From NCBI GenBank assembly GCA_964016885.1, contig OZ024743.1, positions 56,358,001 to 56,422,000 on the forward strand: a DNA stretch of 64,000 nt, read 5' to 3'. Position 1 is the first letter of the stretch. Each line of letters begins with the position of its first letter. The notes below the pieces were generated by a model that saw only the letters and a program-made list of their open reading frames with translations, had not been told where the DNA came from and did no database searches. The position numbers were made by a program, and so were the translations under genes. Below, one piece after another: positions 46,231 through 59,962 of this stretch. The stretch is from Eledone cirrhosa. Taxonomy: Eukaryota.

Positions 46231-46659
46231 TATTATTCTCCACTTTTTCAATGATAAACTTACATAGGAATACAAGTGAAATCATAAACTCGTCATCTAC
46301 GTAAACCTCTTGTTGAGTCATACAACGCCGTACGCTAAAACTTCTAAATATATAAAACTGTTGTTGTCTGTGTGTGTCCTCATTTTTGCAAAGTCTATAC
46401 AAATCCACATTTCTACTCCGATTGACTTCAAACTTCCATTTATATATTCCTTGCCGTCTAAAGATATTAACTGCAGCTTTTATTTTTCAATTTTCTGTTG
46501 TTAAAGGGGTGTTAAGCGTCGGTTATCCATCTCCGTCGCGTTTATAATATCTGTCTGTATGCCTGGCTGTCTGCATTACAACATTCTGACGAACATTGAT
46601 GACGTATTATGTTCGCTATTTTCCGTTCATTGCCAGGGAACGTCTTCTATCTTGTTTTT

Positions 46660-47660
46660 GTTTCTTTTTGTACACCTCGAAAAGGCATATGACCGCTTTC
46701 CTCGGGACCTGTTGTGGAAGATGCTGCAGTAGTATGGGATCGACGGTCAGCTTCTTGTTGCCCTGATGTCTCTATACGAATGTCCGAGTAGTTGTGTTCG
46801 GATAGTGCTAGATCAAAACCATTCAATGTGGGAGTCGGATTCTGTCAAGGGTGCGTACTGTCACCTCTCTTGTTCATTATTTTCATGAACAAGGATTAAC
46901 ATGCGCAGCAGAGTTGGAAGTGGCATCATGACTGGCGAGTGTAAAATCAATCGGCTGGAATTTTCAGACGACATGGTGTTACTTAACTCGACAGAAAGTG
47001 ATCTCTCCAGCATGCACTTGATAGGTTTGATGCCGAGTGCTGCATGGCTGGATTGAAAATCAGTGCTGCGAAGACTGAGACATTCGTCTTCTCAAGGAAG
47101 CCTGCGCAGTGTACTCTATATATGAATGGAGTTCCACAGAAGCAGGCAGAGAAGTTCAAGTATCTCGGGGCTGTATTCACGAGTGATGGAAGGCATGAGG
47201 CTGAATTAAGCGCAAGAAATGCAGGAGCTGGTGCTGTAATGCGCCAGTTTCAGCATTCGGTAATCAGAAGAAGGGGGTAGGTGTTAAAGCCTAACTCACT
47301 ATCTTCAATTCGGTATTCGTGCCAACCCTTACCTATGGTCATAAATCTTGGGTAATGACCGAAAGAATACGATCGCGAATACAAGCGACCGAAATGGGAT
47401 TTCTTCGAAGGGTCTTTGGAGTAACGTTATTTGGTAGATTGCGTAACTCAGATATCAGAGATTCACTGAAGGTAGAGCCGCTACTTCTTTGAATTAAGAG
47501 ATCACAGCTCCAATACTATGGGCATGTGGTTAGAATGTCTCAGAAAAGAATCACTGGACAGATTTTACAGGCAAAAGCAGTCGGCAGGAGACCCAGGGGT
47601 AGATCCAGCACAATATGGTTGGATAACATCCATGAGCTTGGCTGGTCTCGCTTGGGTATC
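46660..47660 (+). pseudogene. RTE-clade (Expander/Rex3-like) LINE RT 3' fragment with (GAA)n tract; second copy at 49085-49385 (-)
   Basis: LEKAYDR, QGCVLSPLLF, FSDD, EKFKYLG, PTLTYG, EMGFLRR and GRRPRGR, with stops and frameshifts. Confidence 0.85.
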
Positions 47661-47779
47661 AAGAAGAAGAAGAAGAAGAAGAAGAAGAAGAAGAAGAAGA
47701 AGAAGAAGAAGAAGAAGAAGAAGAAGAAGAAGAAGAAGAAGAAGAAGAAGAAGAAGAAGAAGAAGAAGAAGAAGAAGAA

Positions 47780-47826
<47 letters not shown>

Positions 47827-48885
47827 TACTCCGCCACTTGCACATTAATTTTACAAGCAGATGGTTCCGTTGGTTGAACAACTGAAATTCTGAAACAACT
47901 GAAATCGAAACAGACGGAGATCCATTGCATTCATTAATGTACATTACTCAACGAACTCTTTATTTCAAACAATAAAGTGTGGTTTCATGAAGATTTAGCA
48001 AGCATATCTAGAAGATCAAATGACAAGGTATAGGTTTCTTCGGTGGCTGGGTAAGATTTCTTAGTCTATTGCATAATTAAGTTCCTTCTTTATTTATAAC
48101 CAAATACTTAACAATTATATTCTGTCAGTACCAGCCAGATAATAGTTAATACTGTCTAATCTGGTCTTGATTGATTGTGCAATAGAAAATTAAATATATG
48201 TCTGTGATTCAATACGTACATTGAACCCATCACGTTAATTACTAAACGAGAATTTCAACATGTCAGAAATAGATATCACTGAAAAGAGAATTACACGTTA
48301 AAAATGTTGTCTAATGGCAGTGCCCCAGCATGGCCTCAGCCTATCGACTGGAACGTGTAATAGAGTAATAGAGAATGCAGTTTATTTTGAATATTTATTT
48401 ATTTCGTTTAATAATCCCACGGATTTTGAACTCATGTTTGAGTCGTAGGGACGCCCTCGTGATATACAGTGTGGCGTGGCTAGGACATTTAAATCTATAG
48501 GGGCTCATACCTCTCTTGGTCGAACACAGCCGAGTTATTCCGAGGGAGGGAGAGAGTTAAAAAAGGGATATATAAAAAGAATCAACCCATTATTGATTAT
48601 TGAAACTGCTACTTTATTTCTCGATCTCGAAAGGATTAAATGGCGAAGTTAACCACTGCAATATTTTAACTCAGAGCGCAGAGAACCGGAACGAATATTG
48701 AAAAACGTTTTTATTTTCGTCTACAATATTCCATTCACAAGTCATTTGTCAACCATGTGAAGCGATCTCCATAACCACTCTGTCAGTGTTGCACCTTTTG
48801 ATATTTTAACCCCACAAAGGGTGCTAAAAGCAAGATATAATAAATTACCATATGAGTATATTTACTGAAATTGTTGAATTGTAAA

Positions 48886-48916
<31 letters not shown>

Positions 48917-49384
48917 CTTCTTCTTCTTCTTCTTCTTCTTCTTCTTCTTCTTCTTCTTCTTCTTCTTCTTCTTCTTCTTCTTCTTCTTCTTCTTCTTGAG
49001 AAGATTGTGAAGTCATGGTCGGTCCTTACACATGTCTTCAAGAGGGTCCTATCAAGGACAATTGTCTCCAAATGATCCCCGGCTAGATCCACAAGTGAGT
49101 CCAGCCGATCTTGTGGATGTTATCCAACTTACCTGTAATATCTGTCGGTCGGTTTTGCCTGTAAAATCTGTCCAGCGATTCTTTTCTTAGACATTCTAAC
49201 CACATGTATGTAGTACCGGAGCTGGGGTCTCTCGATGAGAAAAAATAATGACTCTCCCTGATCTCCGAGCTACACACTCTCGCGAATAACTATACTCCAA
49301 GAACACCTTCGTAGGAACCTAATTTCAGGCGCTTGTATTTGCGAATGTTTTCTTTCTGTCATTACCCAAGATTCATGATCATTA

Positions 49385-49496
<112 letters not shown>

Positions 49497-49825
49497 GTAC
49501 GTGTAAACGCACACAGACACGTGTATGTGCGAAAAGTAAACGAAAAAACAGCACAGAGGAACGATACAGTACAATGAAGATATATATATTAGTTTAACAC
49601 TACATACATATACATATACTTATATGTACCTATACTCATATACTTATATATTTATATAATGTAATGAAAAATTCTGCTGTGAAGGTAAATGCAAATTCAA
49701 ATTTCCAATGTATTCTTTAAATTATTTTTGCAGGAAACCTGAACATAGTTACGTTAATTAACTTCTAATTCAAAAGCTTATTCATTTCATAATCAAAACT
49801 CTGTGTGTGTGGGGGGGGGGGGGGG

Positions 49826-50130
49826 ACACGTGGCGTAATGGTTAGGCTTTCGACTGACAATCTTAAGCTTGTGAGTTCAATTCCCGTTGACGCGTGGTGT
49901 CCTTGAGTAAGTCACTTTATGTCACGTCGCTCTAGTTCACTCAGTTGGCAAACATTAGTTGTACAAGTGATTCAAAAGGTCAGCCTTATCATAAACCGTG
50001 TCACGCTGAATTTCCCTGGGAGCTACGTTAACGATTCATCAAGTCTCGGCCACTTACATGTTAATTTTATAAGCTGGCTGTTCTGTCGATCGAACAAATG
50101 GAACCCTTATCGTCGAAACTGACAGAGGAT
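49826..50130 (+). mobile_element. tRNA-derived SINE (related head at 60995-61110)
   Basis: A-box gtggcgtaatggtt and B-box gagttcaattccc, followed by gtgtccttgag(t/c)aag. Confidence 0.7.
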
Positions 50131-51290
50131 TATTCCATATGCGGTGTGGATTAGTTTATGATATGATATTTCTCAGTCAAACATAAATCGCATAAGTGTG
50201 AGCCAGTACAAACTAGCCTATCTCTCTTGACACTGCGACGCGTGTAGACTCATTAGTATATTTTAATTGTTTTTCCATGTTTTCTCAGATCGATGTACAG
50301 TTCTCTTTGTACAGTATTTCAAATAGTTTGGTTGATATAGTCGACTCTTAAATGTGTTTTCTGTTGTAAGACATGGACTTAACACTGAAATTGTGTCTTA
50401 CAACTGCTAAACAGAAAACTAATTTAAAGAAGAATGGAGTATTAAAGTGGCCAGGTTTCAGGGTAGAAGTTGACTGGGAAGAAATTTGATCACCATGTAG
50501 GTGAGTGCGTGACAGTATTAATGTAGCTCAACGGAGAGCAACGTCCGCAGTGAGTTATTTACGCCGTCATTCAATCTGCTAGAAACAGCAGCCAAATCAA
50601 TTCATAGACTCTTAATTCCTGATGGAATCGTAGGGGCTCTGTCTTGGGCATTTAAATTTGTCGGAGCTCATTACTTTCCAAAGCTGAACACAACCAATTT
50701 CTTCCTGAGAAAGAGAGAGCGGGATTCGACCCTAGTACTGGACTGGTGCTTTTTTTATCGAGCTCGAAAGAATGAAAAGCAAAGTTGACCATGGCAGGAT
50801 TTGAACTCAGAGCTTAGAAAGTCAGTAGCATTATTTCCATGGTTCTAACAACACTGCCAACTCGCTGCCTTAAATCACACCATACCATCTTTGAATAAAA
50901 CAGAAGGGATGCAGTGGATGATATTTCTATAAACACTGTGTCTGAAAATTTAAAAAAATGGATTGTGATGGTTTGAATGGATTCGGTCATAGACCTGTTC
51001 AAGGTTGGTACCTGGATATTTAACACCTTAGGCTAACCTTACAATATGCGATATTTTCTAGCTATGCGCCCCATTCTGCTAAATAAAATAATTTCAACTA
51101 CTTTGATAAACTGACAAACCTAATTTTTGATACGCCTTGCTCTGACCACACTAAAAAAAAATAACAAAGCCAGCATTTCCCACTATGCAGTCCACATTCT
51201 CCCATGCTGAATCATGTTATACATCATAACACAATGCAGCCCTTTCCACCACTTTGGATATTTCCACGCAGATGCTACGCAGCAAAGACG

Positions 51291-51795
51291 TGTAGTGACC
51301 TACATTCCGCGGGCTCACATACATACTCTGTGCGTGATTTGGCTCAGCTCAGCCAATCAGCGCCAGTAGAAGAGAATGTATCCCTACGGGCCCTGAGGGA
51401 AAATTCCCCGCGAGGATTTGAAGAATGTGTTTCTCGCATCCTGAACATGGTAATGTAAAGACCACTAGGTCTCTTGCTGCTTGAACTCCGAAGGAACGAC
51501 ACGAACAATATGTAACGGTGAGATTTGCACTTTATCCTGCTGGCCTGCCTCGGGCCTGGTACAATGGCACATTCCTTTTGTAACCCTTTTATGTTTAACT
51601 ACAATCATACAATTTAACAAACATTACTTTGTGCTACAACAAAATAAACATACATTTCATCTCACGAGCATTCTTCTTGTTGACGTTATTATCATGTTAC
51701 TCGTTATCGATATGATTAACATATACTTCTACCAAACTGATTACTCGTGGCGTTATAACAATTACATTATTTCCTCTAACAACTTTGTTACTACA
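51291..51795 (+). mobile_element. Possible solo LTR
   Basis: TGTAGTGAC...GTTACTACA termini, internal CCAAT and AATAAA. No target-site duplication seen. Confidence 0.3.
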
Positions 51796-52155
51796 TTAAT
51801 ACATCCTCCTGTTATAGACGTTTATCGATTATCTTATTGATTGCAGGAAATTATTATATGTTTAATTCAATTATACACATTTGTTATAAAACAATGATCA
51901 TATGAGTTTCAGTAATGCATCTCTGTGAGGTCCACGCTCAATGTGGCAAGGATGTTCAGTGATATCATTATATATGCAAGTTAATTGTACAAATTTGTTA
52001 TAAACAGCAACAACAGTCAAGAAAAATATCTGTCAGCAAAGGAAAGCTGAGTGAGAGAAGCATAATTAATCACGTGATAGGAAATATATCTAAACTTTTG
52101 ACAGCTTTAATTGCGTGAAACGCAAGGAGTAATTAAAACAGAGAATGATATATCA

Positions 52156-52229
<74 letters not shown>

Positions 52230-52392
52230 ATATATATATACTTCTTAGGGTAAATATTGATGCAATTCAATTCAAGCACTCAACGTACTTTTCCCACATA
52301 GGAGTGACGGAGTAAATGTGTCGTCATTGAAATATATATCACAGCATTATTATTAGAGGACTTGAACATCTGAAACTACTTCGCTTTTACTT

Positions 52393-52456
<64 letters not shown>

Positions 52457-52510
52457 CAAATGAATGAGTGAATGAAAGAGATGCAAGCCGTTAAAACATT
52501 TCTTTATATA

Positions 52511-52550
52511 GCTCTTACACGTGTTTCGCCCAGAAGGGCTTGTCGGAGGC
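52511..52550 (-). ncRNA. Minimal hammerhead-like motif, 3' pLTR of PLE-4
   Basis: Reverse complement reads gcct-CCGACAA-gccc ttct gggc-GAA-ACACGTGT-A-agagc. Confidence 0.55.
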
Positions 52551-55500
52551 GGAAATTCCAATGGCTTGGTCCTTAATTACAAATCGTTGAGAGAATATTA
52601 CAACTTCACTTCCCCATGCATCCTGTTCTAAGATAGTAAACGCATTGCCGCCGGTGAAAGGGATATAACTCGCTAAGGGAGGTAATTACCCGGTGCCTGC
52701 TGGATATCACTGGGTTACTTTTGACCAACCCCAGCTATGGGGAAAAAATGTTTTTCTAACATTAGCGGGGTGGGTCCAACTCAGTAGAAATCGTGCAGTG
52801 TTTTGGTGGGAAAACAATAGACGGTTGGTAGTGTCATTAAACACTGCACACAGGTATACCTAATGCAGGGGGGATGCGTTGGGGTGTGATGTTGAAGGCT
52901 TTGGAAGTATGATCCCAATTCGGGTCCAAGTTGTATGTTCATACGTTCAATTAATCTATGATGTTACTCGGGTTCAGGCAACAGGTTCATAAGATTACTT
53001 TAACCCGGTCCGGCCAAGAGGAAGAATATAGCGGGGTGGGCCCAACTCAGTAGGTACTGTGCAGCGTCCCGGTGGGAAACCGATGGATGGTTGATGGTGT
53101 TATTCGACGCTGTATATTGGTAAACCTACCGCGGGTGGGTTAGGCCAGAGTGCGGTGCAGAGAGCAGTAGGGATACGGAGTTATACAGTTTCAGGGGTCC
53201 ATCTGTAGAATATTTGTTGCAGTCGGTTGCCGCAATTGATGACTGTTTCGGCCCGGCTATGACTTCCTGGGGTGCTTGTACTATATAGTATAGCTCCATT
53301 AAGCAGAGCTGGCAGCTTTTCCTGAAATTATAAGGTGTTGCTTGGTTCACAATTTCCCATTGCGTGGAGTTGCTAATGTTGGAGTCGGTTAATTGGGTAA
53401 TATAATTAGCGAGGGAGGTAGAGTATCTTAGTTTCCTATTCCTAAATGAGTGGCGATGCGCTCTAAATCTAGTCTTGAACTCCCCAGATGTGGCTCCTAT
53501 GTATGACTTAACACTATTATAACTTGTAACTGTGCATCTATAAATTACGTTTCTAATCAAGCAGTAGCCTTGGAGCGGACAGTTAGGGTTTCGGCAATTG
53601 CAGTGTTTTTGTTGCTATTTCTAGAATGGTGAGGACTGCTGCTAACCCTATTACTATCATTTTCACCATCACCGTTGTTGCCATTAATGTGGTTGGCATT
53701 ATTGTAGTTATAGTCCTGCGAAATAGTGCTATTTCTATTGTTCCTATTAGCGCGCCTTCTACAACCGTTGTAATCGCTGCTATGGTTTCTAATCTGGTCA
53801 TCTGTCTCACTACTGGCGCTGCGGTTAGTCTCTATGGTGTTTCTATTGTATATGTTTCTGCTAATACTATGATTCCTGTCCTGGTTACTATTATTGCTAC
53901 TATTCTGGGCGACTGAATGGTTAAGATTGACCGGGTAGCCATATTCACCAATGTGGCATTATAGGCTGGTTTGATTCTAGTGAGCTTACTGTGGTTGCTT
54001 ATTGCTATGAGGTCAGCTAAGTTAGGTGTAGTAGAATAAGATATCTTGACGTTATTCTTGTTGAGGATCTTGCGGTACCTGTGGTTAGGTGGGAAGTTCC
54101 TCTCTAAGGCGTCGAAGAAGATTCTGGGTATGTTAGAGGCTATACTCCTAGAGTAGGGGGTAAGGAACCATAAGACATTACGCCGGCGTTTCTGTGTCGC
54201 AGATGGGTTGGTGCGGATGTTTATGCCCTGGTGGGTGTTTCTACCAAGGCGGTTGAGGTGCTACCTAGTGTGTACTCTGCGCATATTATGCCCATGTGCT
54301 AGCTCACTCCCTGCTTGGCAGCTCTGGGTTACCCTATGCTTGCCGGTAGGTGTTGGTAAGACACCGTCACCATTATTAAGCCTGTATGCGGGGAATCTTT
54401 CTAGTAGGTTGATGTTAATTCCATTGTCCGAACTAGGTTGGTATGGGTGTGGTGGTTCCCCTAGCCTACCACCCTTGTTGTTATGATGCCGACCAGAGCT
54501 AGCCGCATTACTAGTTCGATCTGTATGTTTCCCGTTTGTAAGCCCACTGCCGCGGTGGTTATTTGTGCGGCACGCTATTACACTGGTCCTACGGGAGGGG
54601 GGGACTTAGTAGAGCCTGCGTCATGGATGTATGAAATCCTGCTGCTTTAACCTGATTCGTCCAGTGCCTTGTTGTAATAGTCGACAGTTTGGTTGAAGAG
54701 GTCTTCATTGGCCGACAGTCTCGAGATTCTGTGTGAGATGCTACTCACTATAGAGTTAAGTATAGATTTGGGGTGGTTAGATTCGTTGTTGATGTAAGAC
54801 AAGACCTCACCTGGCTTGTGGTATGGTCTGTATAAGCCAGTATCTTATTCTAACGTTACATCTAAAAAGTTAACTATATTATTGTTGTGGTCTATTGTTA
54901 CTGAGAGGCCGTACGTTTTAAAGAACTTATGTATATGCTTATTGAGGTTTTCTATCCTACGGGGGCTGTGATTCCTTACAGTAAATAGGTCGTCGTCCCT
55001 ATATACACCTCCTTGTAGTACAGGGATCTCGTCCCTGAGCCTGTGTAGGAGGTATGTTCCAGCCAGGTCGGTTACCTGCGCCGAGTCACTCGACCCCATC
55101 GTGATATCAAAGTTATCAGGACGGTTGGTTCGGGTCCAGTAGGAGCCTTCGAAGTAAATGATTGTTTGTCTCGCTGCAAGCGCTATGTCTATTTCTTTTT
55201 TAGTTATACTAGTGTTAGATCTAGCTTAGATGAGGGCCTTATTTAGGAGTATGGGGGAGATAGAGGCGTAGTAATTATCTATGTAGAACTGAATAAATTT
55301 TAAAGAGCCCTTATCAGGTACATCCGTGAACCATTTGATGACCTGGTCAGTATTGCTCCAAAGGCGGACCTTAGCCTTACTATTTAGTTCGGGTATTATC
55401 CTATCAGGGATCACTTTGCTAATTCTACCTATATCAGAAGTGGAGGGGCATATTGATCTAACAGGGGTTTTCATTAATATTACATTTGTAATCCTTAAGA

Positions 55501-56077
55501 GAGAATGTTGGTGTCATAGGTACGTATGGGTCTGTGTATTTATCTACATCTAAGCTAGCTACAATGCTCTTACCTAATCTATTTATATCGTTTAGTGTGC
55601 TAATAGGTGTTTTTTGTAATTTTTGCTGAGCTCATTTAAGATGAATTGTCTATATCTACTCACATCCAACTTATACAGGTTCTTGGTTTTATCAGAGGCT
55701 ACAAAAAGGTGCCTGTCGTTCTTGGTTTTAGTGATTAGGGAGTCCAGAGAGGTCAGGAAAGCATTACTTGCGTCTATTCTTAAACTTGAAGTTCTTGATC
55801 ATATTGAGCAGGTCTTCCTTAAAGGTGTCCAACAGTGTGTCATGCGGTGGCTTCCTGTAGGTCTTAAAACCGTACCTTTCTTTTTTTTCCCCATAGCTGG
55901 GGTTGGACAAAAGTAACCCAGTGACATCCAGCAGGCACCGGGTAATTACCTCCCTTAGCGAGTTATATCCCTTTCACCGGCGGCAATGCGTTTACTATCT
56001 TAGAGCAGGATGCATGGGGATGTGAAGTTGTGATATTCTCTCAACGATTTGTAATTAAGGACCTAGCCATTGGAATT

Positions 56078-56117
56078 TCCTCCGACGAGCCCTTCTGGGC
56101 GAAACACGTGTAAGAGC
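56078..56117 (+). ncRNA. Minimal hammerhead-like motif, inverted pLTR of PLE-4
   Basis: CCGACGA-gccc ttct gggc-GAA-ACACGTGT-A-agagc. U4C core. Confidence 0.6.
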
Positions 56118-56171
56118 TATATAAAGAAATGTTTTAACGGCTTGTAACTCTTTCATTCACTCATTCATTTG

Positions 56172-56231
<60 letters not shown>

Positions 56232-56232
<1 letters not shown>

Positions 56233-57773
56233 TAGCAGCTGAGCCCGGTTGCACCCGGGGCCACTTTTTATTAAGTTAATAATTTGAAAAATATTATTGA
56301 AAGTTTATTATAAAGAAGCAGTTTCAGGAAAAAAAATAGAAATATGCACTTGGGGCTGGACGGCGTACAATGAGAAGTGGAGCGACGTGAAAAGCCTTGT
56401 TTATTAACAGCGAAATAGCAATGTCGATGATATGCAATTTGAAAAATACTACTTACTGTTAGTGGTGGTTAACATGTATTAGAATTAAAATAAAAACACG
56501 CGTCCCTTCTTCGCAATTTCGCCAAGGGGGCGATACTTGGTTTTAGTGTCCTAAATTATCATCATTGACATTCAATTATTAGCTCCACTCACTACACGAT
56601 ATGTCACGACACGTCATCAGCTGCTGCTGCTGCTTGATTTTTACATGTTCATTTTCTTACATGCTTCATTTTTACACAAAAAAACATTGAATTTTTAGAA
56701 TAAATATTTATTAAAATATTAACAGAGAAAATTAGATTTTTGATGTATTTTTTGAACAAAATAAATATTTATTAACAGTTTTTCACAGAAAAACTATGCT
56801 TCATTTTTACATGAATATTTATTTACAGTTTTTAACAGAAAAAAAATTGCTGCGAAATACATTTTTTTTTTTAACACACGATACGTCACGAAAGTAAATG
56901 TTTCGAAAAAATGTTAAACTGTATATCGCAACAATATATTGTTTAAAGAAATTTGTTTAAAATTGTAAATCTGTTAAAAGAAAATGTATTTAACCGAAAC
57001 ACTATGCTTCATTTTTACATGAATATTTATTTAGTTTTTAACAGAAAAAAAATTGCTGCGAAATACATTTCTTTTTTAACAGATTTACAGTTTTTAACAA
57101 CAGAAAAAAATTTCTTTAAACAATATATTGTTGCGATATACAGTTTTAAATATTTTCGAAACATTTACCTTCGTGACGTATCGTGTAGTGGGTGGAGCTA
57201 ATAATTGAATGTCGATGATGATAATTTAGGACACTAAAACCAAGTATCGCCAAGGGTTTTATTTCTTTTGATGGAAAACAGTGACCGTACTGCAGAATCG
57301 ATTTCATAAAACGGTACTGTATGATCGTTAAATGTAGAAGGATGATAGTTTATTAACAGCGAAATAGCAATGTCGATGATATGCAAGTTTAAAAATGCAT
57401 ATTATGAAAGTTTGTATGATAGTTTACACTTTTTCCTGAAACTGCTTCTTTATAATAAACTTTCAATAATATTTTTCAAATTATTGGTACTGTATGTTAA
57501 CAGCGAAAGAACGTTGATGAGTTTAAAAATTTGTATGAAATTGTAAATAAGACAAAAGTATTAGAACAGGGGGAAATAACTCACCGAACGCGATAGTTTT
57601 GGGGCCCCATGGACCACATTTTTCAAGTTAAAGATTTGAAACCTCGCCTATTTGCTTCCTTGGCACTTTTACATAGGTGTGTAAATTTTCATGTCAGTCC
57701 GACCACGGCTACTCCCATTTAACCGTGCACATTTGAATTTCAACCACCGCCCATTTCACAAATATATATTAGA
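56232..57773 (-). mobile_element. Non-autonomous Helitron with long internal inverted repeats; second 5' end at about 58540-58769
   Basis: CTAG plus cccggttgcacccggg hairpin at 56232-56260, and TCTAATATATAT at 57773. Internal palindromes such as 56530-56600 with 57175-57250 and 56875-57185. Confidence 0.8.
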
Positions 57774-58368
57774 TTTGTTTATATATGAATGACAAAAAGA
57801 AAAGTACAAAACTATACATGAATTGTTTCTACTAAACCTTCAATTTAAGACACAACCTACATATTTGATAGGACTCCAGCTCACACCTTCTTCTTCTTCT
57901 TCTTCTTCTTCTTCTTTTGCTCCCCCTGGAACATTGGGCTGCGAGCCACCCCCACACAACGCCATGTTCTGAGTCTGCTTTTCAACTACACCGTGATACA
58001 CGATGTGTCATGGTGTATCTAACCATTTTTTTAGTTCTTACTACGGCTGATTTCTTCCAGAGAGAAAGAAAGAGATGGAAAAAGGCAGAGAAGATTCATC
58101 TCCGGAGGAATAATAAAAAATCTTTACACTGTACATTTCATTTTTTCAAAGCTAAAGCTGCCGATCCAAAATCATAAATTCAACTCCCTGAAAACTTTCA
58201 AATATATGCTGTTCTAGCATGAATATTATGCTAAGGGGCAGCTATCCACAAAGTAAGATTTACTTGCATATCCCCGCTCATATAAACACATAAATACATG
58301 CATACATACATTACAGTTGATATTTTTTTTTATTAAAGCGTTTTCATATTATATATATATATATATAT

Positions 58369-58590
58369 ATTTCCCCCTGTTCTAATACTTGGATGAGTTA
58401 TTTACAATTTCATACAAATAAAGCAGTGAATAAAGGATTATGAGTTCATGCAATTGACTTATGTTTCGTCACTATATATATATATAGTGACGAAACATAA
58501 GTTAATTGCATGAACTCATAATCCTTTATTTACTGCTTTATTTGTATGAAATTGTAAATAACTCATCCAAGTATTAGAACAGGGGGAAAT
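58369..58590. repeat. Near-perfect palindrome of about 220 bp centred on (TA)n
   Basis: The arms are reverse complements around cactatatatatatatagtg. Confidence 0.9.
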
Positions 58591-58769
58591 AACTCACCGA
58601 ACGCGATAGTAAATAGACCGTTTTGGGGCCCTAGGGACCACATTTCAAGTTAGAGATTTGAAACCTCTTCTATTTGCTTCCTTGGCACTTTTTCATGTCC
58701 ATCCGACCATGTCTACTACCGTGCACAACTGAATTTCAACCACCACCCATTTCACAAATATATATTAGA

Positions 58770-59772
58770 TTAAAATAACAGATTAAACAAAGAATCGCTG
58801 CTTTCACCCTTAACGGGATCTTCTGAAACTAAAAATATCAATCTGTGAACGCAGAAGTAAATATTTCGAAAAACGTTGCAAATATTTAATTTTTGTTGAT
58901 TTCAATTACCTCTGTAATTTATTTACATTATTCTTAACTCTGAAGCCGAGTATCATTCGGTTTCCTTAATAGAATTTTAGTCTACGACTTCAGTTATACC
59001 ATTAACGTGGTTTTGTCTTTGCGTGTAATTGTTCTCATCGCTCCACATAATGACCTATTATCTTCGTTTTTTCCGTTCATTGCCAGAGAACGTCTCCAGG
59101 AACCACCTAATAGAATATTAGTCTACGACTTCATTTATACCATAAACGTGGCTTTGTCTTTGCATGTAATTGTTTTCACCGCTCCTAATCTGCAGCCGCA
59201 ACCTGGTGCAGTCTGCGATTGACCCAGGTTCTGCTGCACGTCGGGCTGAGGGGGCCAAACTCCTCAAATACCGGTCGCTCTCCGACAGGTTTGCGGTCGT
59301 TCCCCTGGCAGTGGAGATCTGGTATCCTCGGTCCCAGGGCTACCTCCTTACTCACCACCATAGGCGCTGAGCTGACCAGCCACAGGTGTGAGCCCCGCGA
59401 GTTGGAGTGGCTTTTCCAGCGCGTCTCCCTTGCCGTCCTCCGGGGGAACGCCTTCTCCATTCTGTCCGCCGGGGCTGTGGGTGGGCTCCATCGCGTACCA
59501 ATACATTAGTTAAATACCATTCTTTCATCTGATATATCTCTAATTAGTCGTACTTATTGAAATTAATTATGACGTATTATTTTCGTTTTTTTCCGTTCTT
59601 TGCCAGGGAACGTTTCCACGAACCAAAGTATCGTCTTCCTGTCTTCCTTCGATTGCAACGTTTTTCGAAATATTTACTTCTGCGTTCACAGATTGATATT
59701 TTTAGTTTCAGAAGATCCCATTAAGGATGAAAGCAGCGATTCTTTGCTTAAACTTTAATCTGTTATTTTAAT
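58770..59772. mobile_element. About 1-kb element bounded by about 110-bp inverted repeats, carrying a CRE LINE fragment
   Basis: 58770-58880 pairs with 59653-59772. The same terminus occurs at 45703-45770. Confidence 0.75.
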
Positions 59773-59873
59773 AAATATTTGCTCTACGGTTCTTATATAT
59801 TTGATATATATTTATCCTTATCGAGCCCTCTTTGGACTTTAGTCTTCAAATGTATTATTATTACTATTATTAT

Positions 59874-59962
<89 letters not shown>

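Larger units (their letters stand above)
52454..56174 (-). mobile_element. Penelope-like element (PLE-4, same family as PLE-3) with inverted pLTR, inside (TA)n
   Basis: 52454-52745 pairs with 55895-56174. The minus strand carries MGSSDSAQVTDL, YRDD, NFLDV and GIY-YIG (NVIYRC..SYIGAT..FKTRF..CQLCLME). Confidence 0.92.

Noticed and set aside
59700-59750. Hammerhead in the inverted repeat (CAGAAGA-tccc..ggat-GAAA)
   Set aside because: No convincing stem I or stem III.
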